From the sequence record LR215721.1: DNA of 32,000 bases. The stretch is one strand, 5' to 3'. The notes under the pieces were generated by a model that was given only the letters and a program-made list of their open reading frames with translations, was not told the origin of the DNA and ran no database searches. This stretch comes from Staphylococcus phage Stab22. Made by a program: the position numbers and the translations under genes. How positions within the stretch are numbered: position 1 is the stretch's first letter; each line of letters starts with the position of its first letter. Shown piece by piece: positions 26,168-32,000 of this stretch.

Positions 26168-26392
26168 ATGAATTATAAAGAGGTATTAGAAACTATTAAA
26201 AAGAATAAACCATGCAAGGTTAGGTTTACTGGAAGTATTGTAGCAATTGTAAATGAGGAATTTAATGCAGACACTGGTAAAGGTGTATTACAGATTGATG
26301 TATCAGATATTAATAGAGATGATTACATTAAGTTACAACAGTATTGTTTAGAGAGAGATGACTACACTGTAGCAGGTTCTATCTTATTTTAA
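26168..26392 (+). CDS. Hypothetical protein, 74 aa
   Basis: AAAGGAGG RBS. Confidence 0.75.
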   Translation: MNYKEVLETIKKNKPCKVRFTGSIVAIVNEEFNADTGKGVLQIDVSDINRDDYIKLQQYCLERDDYTVAGSILF

Positions 26393-26408
26393 AAAAGGAG
26401 GGTATAGA

Positions 26409-27317
26409 ATGATTAAAGTATTTTCAGAAATAGATACAGAATATAAAACGATTGTACCAGAGAAATTCCCTAATGGTGAAATTAACTTTAAATACGATGA
26501 CTTAGAATATTTAGTGGAAAAAGACCTACGGTTTGATGTTTTCTTTAAATGGGAAAGTGATGCAGACTTAATGCATTTTTATATGTTTACTAAGTATATA
26601 GAACAATTAGGTATTAAAGATAAGGCTGAGTTTTTAGACATTGCATACTTACCTTATAGCAGAATGGATAGGGTAGAAGAAGGTCACAATAATATGTTTA
26701 GTCTTAAGTATATTGCAGAGTTTATTAATAGTCTTAATTACAAATCAGTATGGATAGGAGAGCCTCATAGCCCTGTAACAGAAGAATTACTTAAAAATTC
26801 TTTTGCTGTAAATATTACAATCAAGCTATTAAACCAATATATTGAAATGTCTGAAAAACCTGTAACAATTGTACTACCTGATAAAGGGGCATATGATAGA
26901 TACCTATTTGATGTAGAACGTATATTAATAGACTCTAACATTGAAAATTATTCAATTGTATATGGTGAAAAGGAACGTGATTTTGAGACAGGTAAGATTA
27001 AAGGAATTAAAATAATTACAGATGAAAATACTGTATACGATAACTGCATCATCCTAGATGATTTAACAAGTTATGGTGGGACTTTTGTAGGTTGTAAAAA
27101 AGCTCTTGACAAACTAGGTGTTAATAGTGTATCATTAATATTGACTCATGCAGAGAAAATATTTATGGATGGTAAACTATTTGAATCAGGTTTTAAAGAT
27201 ATCGTTGTAACAGACTCAATGTTATCTGATAGCCCTTGGACAAAAGCTGTTGCTACCCATATAGCACAGGTAAATGGAACAGAATTACAAATAAAAGATA
27301 TCGAAAGATATTTATAA
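26409..27317 (+). CDS. prs: PRPP-synthetase-like protein (ribose-phosphate pyrophosphokinase family; could be an ADPR-pyrophosphate synthetase)
   Basis: PNGEI, DIAYLPYSRMDRVE, GEPHSPVTEELL, and PRPP-loop-like CIILDDLTSYGGTFVGC. Confidence 0.88.
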   Translation: MIKVFSEIDTEYKTIVPEKFPNGEINFKYDDLEYLVEKDLRFDVFFKWESDADLMHFYMFTKYIEQLGIKDKAEFLDIAYLPYSRMDRVEEGHNNMFSLKYIAEFINSLNYKSVWIGEPHSPVTEELLKNSFAVNITIKLLNQYIEMSEKPVTIVLPDKGAYDRYLFDVERILIDSNIENYSIVYGEKERDFETGKIKGIKIITDENTVYDNCIILDDLTSYGGTFVGCKKALDKLGVNSVSLILTHAEKIFMDGKLFESGFKDIVVTDSMLSDSPWTKAVATHIAQVNGTELQIKDIERYL

Positions 27318-27335
27318 AGAGGAGAAAAATAAACT

Positions 27336-28805
27336 ATGCTAAATCCAACATTAATGTGTGATTTCTATAAATTAAGTCACAGAGAACAATATCCTGAAGG
27401 TACAGAAATTGTATATAGTACACTTGTACCTAGAAGTAACAAATATTATGAACATAGTGATAATATTGTAGTATTTGGTATTCAATCACTTGTTAAAAAG
27501 TATTTTATTGATATGTTTAATAGAGAATTTTTTAATAGACCTAAAAAGGAAGTTATTAACGAATATAAACGTACAGTTAAATTCACATTAGGACAAGAAA
27601 ATCCTGATGCTAAACATTTAGAGCAGTTACATGACCTAGGTTACTTACCTATTGATGTAAGAGCTTTAAAAGAGGGTACAGTAGTTCACCCTAATACACC
27701 TATTATGACAATTGAAAATACTCACGCAGATTTCTTTTGGCTAACTAACTACTTAGAAACTATTATTAGTACTCAAACATGGCAAGCAATGACTAGTGCT
27801 ACACTAGCATATGATATGCGTAAAATGTTAGATAAGTATGCAATGGAAACAGTAGGCAATATTGAAGCAGTAGATTTCCAAGGACATGACTTTAGTATGC
27901 GTGGGATGAGTTCACTAGAAACAGCTCAATTAAGTTCAGCAGGACATGCAATTAGTTTTAAAGGTAGTGACACTGTACCTGTAGTGGAATTCCTAGAATC
28001 TTATTACAATGCAGATGTAGAAAAAGAAATGGTTGTTGCCTCTATCCCTGCTACTGAGCATTCAGTTATGTGTGCAAACGGTGATTATGAGACAATGGAT
28101 GAATACGAAACATACAAACGTATGCTAACAGAGATTTACCCAACAGGAGTATTCTCTATTGTATCTGACACTTGGGACTTTTGGGGTAACATGACTAAAA
28201 CTTTACCTAGACTAAAAGATATTATTATGGAAAGAGACGGTAAAGTAGTAATCAGACCTGATAGTGGAGACCCTGTTAAGATTATCTGCGGTGACCCTGA
28301 TGCAGATACTGAGCATGAACGTAAAGGTGCTGTAGAAGTACTTTGGGATACTTTTGGAGGTACAGAAACTGAAAAAGGATATAAAGTACTAGATGAACAT
28401 GTAGGGCTAATTTACGGTGATTCTATTAACTATGAGCGTGCTCAACAAATTTGTGAAGGATTAAAAGAAAAAGGTTTTGCAAGTATTAACGTGGTATTAG
28501 GTGTAGGTAGTTTCTCTTATCAATTTAATACTCGTGATACTCATGGGTTTGCAATCAAAGCAACTTATGCTAAGATTAAAAATGAAGAGAAGCTTATCTA
28601 TAAGAACCCTAAAACAGATAGCGGTAAACGTTCACACAAAGGTAGAGTAGCTGTTTACAAAGATGGCTCATGGGAAGATAACCTAAACCTTCACCAATGG
28701 TTAAATAAACAGAATTTAAACCAATTAGAACGAGTATTTGAAGACGGTAAGTTATATCGAGACCAGTCATTAAGTGAAATCAGAGGAATAATTAAAAATA
28801 ATTAA
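27336..28805 (+). CDS. nadV: Nicotinamide phosphoribosyltransferase (NAMPT/NadV)-like
   Basis: FYKLSHREQYPEGTEIVYSTLVPRS; DFQGHDFSMRGMSSLETAQLSSAGHAISFKGSDT; PATEHSVM; IVSDTWDFWGN; VVIRPDSGDPVKI. Confidence 0.93.
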   Translation: MLNPTLMCDFYKLSHREQYPEGTEIVYSTLVPRSNKYYEHSDNIVVFGIQSLVKKYFIDMFNREFFNRPKKEVINEYKRTVKFTLGQENPDAKHLEQLHDLGYLPIDVRALKEGTVVHPNTPIMTIENTHADFFWLTNYLETIISTQTWQAMTSATLAYDMRKMLDKYAMETVGNIEAVDFQGHDFSMRGMSSLETAQLSSAGHAISFKGSDTVPVVEFLESYYNADVEKEMVVASIPATEHSVMCANGDYETMDEYETYKRMLTEIYPTGVFSIVSDTWDFWGNMTKTLPRLKDIIMERDGKVVIRPDSGDPVKIICGDPDADTEHERKGAVEVLWDTFGGTETEKGYKVLDEHVGLIYGDSINYERAQQICEGLKEKGFASINVVLGVGSFSYQFNTRDTHGFAIKATYAKIKNEEKLIYKNPKTDSGKRSHKGRVAVYKDGSWEDNLNLHQWLNKQNLNQLERVFEDGKLYRDQSLSEIRGIIKNN

Positions 28806-28814
28806 TAAATAGTT

Positions 28815-28845
28815 AAACTCCCTATTGACAAATAGGGGTTTCTAT
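28815..28845 (+). terminator. Terminator-like hairpin (imperfect) containing a -35 box
   Basis: AAACTCCCTATT gac AAATAGGGGTTTCT, CCCTATT/AATAGGG core; weak T-tract. Confidence 0.6.
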
Positions 28846-28853
28846 TATATAAT
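28825..28853 (+). promoter_or_regulatory. Perfect consensus promoter TTGACA-17-TATAAT in the terminator-like hairpin
   Basis: TTGACA 28825-28830, TATAAT 28848-28853. Confidence 0.85.
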
Positions 28854-28885
28854 ATACCTATAATAAATACGAGGAGGGAATTAAT

Positions 28886-29140
28886 ATGATATACATTGGA
28901 GTAACCGAGAAAGAAAAATTAGTTGCAGGAGACTTAGTAAAAGCAAAAGAGGAGAACGAATGGGGTATAGTAGTAGGAGATAAACAAGACTTAAATGTAC
29001 TTATTCTAGATGATGAACCTTGGTTGTTTTATAAATCAGGTATTAAAAGAGTAGAAGGGCAATTAGAGGAGGATTTTAAATTCATTAAAAATAAAAGAGA
29101 GTATAGTATGGATATAGGTGAAGAGACTTATTATGATTGA
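28886..29140 (+). CDS. Hypothetical protein, 84 aa
   Basis: GAGGAGGG RBS. Confidence 0.8.
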   Translation: MIYIGVTEKEKLVAGDLVKAKEENEWGIVVGDKQDLNVLILDDEPWLFYKSGIKRVEGQLEEDFKFIKNKREYSMDIGEETYYD

Positions 29141-29163
29141 AATAAATAGTAAAGGAAGAGAAT

Positions 29164-29475
29164 ATGAAAAAAGTAATAGTATTACTTACAATTACTTTGT
29201 CTTTACTATTAGGAGGTTGCTCTCCTGATAATCATGAAGGTAAAGTAGTAGGTGTAGGTGAATATAGAGAACCAACTACTTTTATAAAATCAGGGAATGT
29301 CACTGTACCGGTCATTGGTGAAATGAGATACTATGTAGATTTAGAGACAGATAAAGGAGAAGACCGTGTATACCTCAATAGGAAGGTTTATCATAAATTT
29401 GATAAAGGTGATGATTTCTCTAATGTAGGTGGGAAAGTGTATAGGAATGATGAATTAATTTATAAAGAAGAATAA
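29164..29475 (+). CDS. Predicted small lipoprotein
   Basis: MKKVIVLLTITLSLLLGGCSPDN: signal peptide with lipobox LGGC. Confidence 0.8.
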   Translation: MKKVIVLLTITLSLLLGGCSPDNHEGKVVGVGEYREPTTFIKSGNVTVPVIGEMRYYVDLETDKGEDRVYLNRKVYHKFDKGDDFSNVGGKVYRNDELIYKEE

Positions 29476-29483
29476 AAAACTTT

Positions 29484-29516
29484 AACTCTATCTATTGACT
29501 TAGGTAGAGTTTTATT
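29484..29516 (+). terminator. Rho-independent terminator whose loop is the -35 box
   Basis: AACTCTATCTA(29484-29494)-ttgact-TAGGTAGAGTT(29501-29511) TTATT. Confidence 0.85.
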
Positions 29517-29523
29517 GTATAAT
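29495..29523 (+). promoter_or_regulatory. Promoter TTGACT-17-TATAAT, -35 forming the terminator loop
   Basis: TTGACT 29495-29500, TATAAT 29518-29523. Confidence 0.82.
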
Positions 29524-29553
29524 AAGAGTATATTAAATAAGGAGATGGAAAAT

Positions 29554-29844
29554 ATGAGAATTTATATAAGCAATGATTACAATGAGAAGTTACTTGATAA
29601 GTGTTTGAGAGACATTAGAGAGACTAAAAAGAGTATTACTTATAGTATGAACTACGGAGAGAAGGATATCAAGGAGGCAGATATCGAAGTTATTCATCTT
29701 GATAAAAATATGTTAGAAACAGAAAGAAGGGCTTTTGCGTATTCTAAGTTTACAGGAGACTGTATTTGCTTGTTCCCTTACAAAGTTATACTTATAAGAG
29801 AAGGGAAACTAGTATTTAATTTTAAATGGGAGGAATTAATATGA
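29554..29844 (+). CDS. Hypothetical protein, 96 aa (start corrected from 29515)
   Basis: 29515 lies at the promoter -10. AAGGAG 29539-29544 favours ATG 29554. Confidence 0.75.
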   Translation: MRIYISNDYNEKLLDKCLRDIRETKKSITYSMNYGEKDIKEADIEVIHLDKNMLETERRAFAYSKFTGDCICLFPYKVILIREGKLVFNFKWEELI

Positions 29845-29954
29845 ATATAGAAAAATTATTAAAAACATCACACACGTATGAAAATGTAAAGCAGTATGAC
29901 ATTAAGAAACTACCAAAACCAAGTATGGTAAGTAAAGACAAATATATGAAGTAA
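29841..29954 (+). CDS. Small hypothetical protein, 37 aa (not in track)
   Basis: GGGAGG RBS; MNIEKLLKTSHTYENVKQYDIKKLPKPSMVSKDKYMK; ATGA overlap with the preceding stop. Confidence 0.55.
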   Translation: MNIEKLLKTSHTYENVKQYDIKKLPKPSMVSKDKYMK

Positions 29955-29984
29955 TAAAAGAATCATTTTATAGGAGGAGTTTTA

Positions 29985-30167
29985 GTGAGTGACTTTGATA
30001 AAGCTACAACAAAACAAAAGATTATGATAGAACATAACAAAAGATTTTTAAATACTAAGTTGGATAATGATAAACTAGAAACTATAAATAAGAATGAAGC
30101 ATCAGAAATGATAAAGGAAATTATAATAAATAAAGAACGATACTATACAGAGATGGTGGATTTTTAG
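29985..30167 (+). CDS. Hypothetical protein, 60 aa, GTG start
   Basis: TAGGAGGAG RBS. Confidence 0.7.
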   Translation: MSDFDKATTKQKIMIEHNKRFLNTKLDNDKLETINKNEASEMIKEIIINKERYYTEMVDF

Positions 30168-30208
30168 TAGTTAGTAAAACACACATTTTATAAGAGGAGG
30201 GGCAAGTT

Positions 30209-30370
30209 ATGAATATAGTATTATACATCCTACTAATTACCTTTATCATAATAGGAATAGTATTTTATAAATATAGGCAAGACTACTTTGACGGTATTGT
30301 AAGTATATGTATGGTAATATCAGGAGTTATTTTGTTCAGTATTCATCTAGTTTTACAGGTGTTTTTATAA
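30209..30370 (+). CDS. Small membrane protein, 53 aa (not in track)
   Basis: GAGGAGGGG RBS; MNIVLYILLITFIIIGIVFYKYRQDYFDGIVSICMVISGVILFSIHLVLQVFL, two TM segments. Confidence 0.7.
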   Translation: MNIVLYILLITFIIIGIVFYKYRQDYFDGIVSICMVISGVILFSIHLVLQVFL

Positions 30371-30412
30371 AAAGGTATAGATTAAAATATAGATTTTATA
30401 GGGGGAAATACA

Positions 30413-30694
30413 ATGATAAGTAGAAAAGATTTATTTAATAGAGTTGATAACAGTATAAATAACCTAACAGAGGAAGAAATTAAACATGGAGAGAAGATTT
30501 TAAAAAAGTTAGATAAAAGGGTTAAAGAGGTTGCTTATAGAGGAGGAGACTTAGTTCATTTTCCTTTCTTCATCAGACCTACATTAGGCACTGTTAAATA
30601 TGTCGTAGATAGACTGGAAAATCTAGGTTATGATGTACAGGTACATGATGGTGATGCAGGTTACTATATAAATATTTATTTAAATAAGGGTTGA
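30413..30694 (+). CDS. Hypothetical protein, 93 aa
   Basis: ORF following GGGGG-type RBS. Confidence 0.75.
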   Translation: MISRKDLFNRVDNSINNLTEEEIKHGEKILKKLDKRVKEVAYRGGDLVHFPFFIRPTLGTVKYVVDRLENLGYDVQVHDGDAGYYINIYLNKG

Positions 30695-30719
30695 CATTAA
30701 ATAAATAACGTGTTAAGAT
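30691..30719 (+). promoter_or_regulatory. Promoter TTGACA-17-TAAGAT with TGt; -35 overlaps the stop codon of the preceding CDS
   Basis: TTGACA 30691-30696, TAAGAT 30714-30719. Confidence 0.75.
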
Positions 30720-30751
30720 TAATATATAATCAATTAAGGAGGAAAGTTAAC

Positions 30752-32000
30752 ATGAAACAATTAGTATTAATGAGAGGGGTGCCGGGAGCAGGAAAGTCTA
30801 CTTTTATTAAAGAGAATGGGTTAGAACCTTACGCTCTCTCCCCTGATGAACTTAGAACAATGCATACAAGCCCTATATATAATGAGCAGGGAATGAAAGT
30901 TATATCTCAGAAACACGATAATAAAGTTTGGGATAACCTAATGGAAATTCTTGAAGAAAGAATGATTAATGGGGATTTTACTGTTATTGATGCTACGCAC
31001 TCTACAGGAAAATTAATTAAAAAGTATGAGACACTAGCTCGTAAATATCGTTATCGTACTTATGTAGTAACTATTGAGCAAGATTTAGACACATTAATTG
31101 AACGTAATAACCAAAGAAAAGAGTTAAAAAAGGTTCCTGAAGAAGTAATTTACAATATTTATGAAAGGTTACAACATGAACATATCCCTAGTTATGCTAC
31201 AGAAATTAGCTCAGATGAATTAATGGATAAGATTAAATGGAAAAAAGATTCCTTTGATGCCGATAATTATGATAAAATCCATGTTATTGGGGACGTTCAT
31301 TCATGTTTTACAGTAATTAATCAGTTTGCAAGTTACCAAAAAATTATTGATAATCCAAATGAGTTATTTATCTTTGTCGGGGACTACTTTGATAGAGGTT
31401 TAGAGACTAAAGAGGTGTTTGATTACTTAGAACTAATTTATAAACAACCTAATGTAGTGTTATTGGAAGGTAATCATGAGAGACACTTAAGACGATATGC
31501 CTTTTTAGATGAGGAAGATTATTTAAGTTTAGATTGTACAGATAAAGATTTCTATGATACTGCAATGAAATTATTCCATGCAAGAGGTTTTATCCCTACA
31601 CTTAAAGAATTCATGACATATGGTATTACTCAAAAACAAGTAAGACGTATTGTTCATAAATTACAGCAAATCGTATACTTCAATTATAAAGGGCAATACT
31701 ATATGATTAATCATGGTGGTATCTTACCTAATATGTTAGATGACATTAACTTAGTATCAGCTCACCAAATCATTAATGGCGTAGGTGGGTATGAATATCA
31801 AATTGATGAGCAATGGAATGACTCAGATGTTATTCAGATTCACGGTCACAGAAATCTTTATAGAGAGCCTTTAGATGTAACAAAACAATCTATTAATTTA
31901 GAGGGTAGAGTTGAAAAAGGAGGTTCTTTAAGAGCTGTAACGATTAATGAAGACAATACTTTAACGCCTTATGAAATTAAAAACGAAGTATTTGATTCTA
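30752..32000 (+). CDS. pnkp: Polynucleotide kinase-phosphatase (Pnkp-like), 3' partial, runs off right edge
   Basis: Kinase P-loop MRGVPGAGKSTFIKEN; metallophosphatase motifs HVIGDVHSC, FVGDYFDRG, LLEGNHERHL, MINHGGI, QIHGHRN. Open to the window end, so absent from the ORF track. Confidence 0.9.
   Translation, partial: MKQLVLMRGVPGAGKSTFIKENGLEPYALSPDELRTMHTSPIYNEQGMKVISQKHDNKVWDNLMEILEERMINGDFTVIDATHSTGKLIKKYETLARKYRYRTYVVTIEQDLDTLIERNNQRKELKKVPEEVIYNIYERLQHEHIPSYATEISSDELMDKIKWKKDSFDADNYDKIHVIGDVHSCFTVINQFASYQKIIDNPNELFIFVGDYFDRGLETKEVFDYLELIYKQPNVVLLEGNHERHLRRYAFLDEEDYLSLDCTDKDFYDTAMKLFHARGFIPTLKEFMTYGITQKQVRRIVHKLQQIVYFNYKGQYYMINHGGILPNMLDDINLVSAHQIINGVGGYEYQIDEQWNDSDVIQIHGHRNLYREPLDVTKQSINLEGRVEKGGSLRAVTINEDNTLTPYEIKNEVFDS

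Noticed and set aside
29515-29553. N-terminal extension of ORF 29515-29844
   Set aside because: The start coincides with the -10 box; the SD supports ATG 29554.
1-32000. CRISPR arrays, tRNA genes, transposons, integrase
   Set aside because: No regularly spaced direct repeats, no tRNA-like cloverleaf, and no transposase or integrase signatures were recognised by eye. tRNAscan and a repeat finder would be needed to be sure.

Overview
The window reads as the replication-to-right-end part of a strictly lytic, low-GC staphylococcal-type Herelleviridae (Twort/K-like) phage. The taxonomy is inferred from gene content and order; no search was run. All credible genes are on the + strand. The left part (1-6.7 kb) holds a 5'-truncated family A DNA polymerase, a putative ssDNA-binding protein, a RecA-like recombinase and a sigma-like factor. 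At 6.8-8.2 kb there is an Ig/FN3-like cassette. At 8.3-17 kb there are a metallophosphoesterase, a PD-(D/E)XK-like protein, HTH proteins and unknowns. At 17-31 kb there is a dense array of very small, mostly unknown or membrane ORFs, followed by a PRPP-synthetase-like/NAMPT-like pair and a polynucleotide kinase-phosphatase that runs off the right edge. The strongest points are: (1) a repeated regulatory module in which the -35 box of a near-consensus promoter lies inside the loop or 3' arm of the upstream terminator hairpin, within a family of 16 promoters that all have exactly 17-nt spacers; (2) a candidate NAD+ reconstitution (NARP-like) gene pair; (3) FN3/Ig-like domains that seem to be split across consecutive cistrons; (4) several small ORFs missing from the supplied track.
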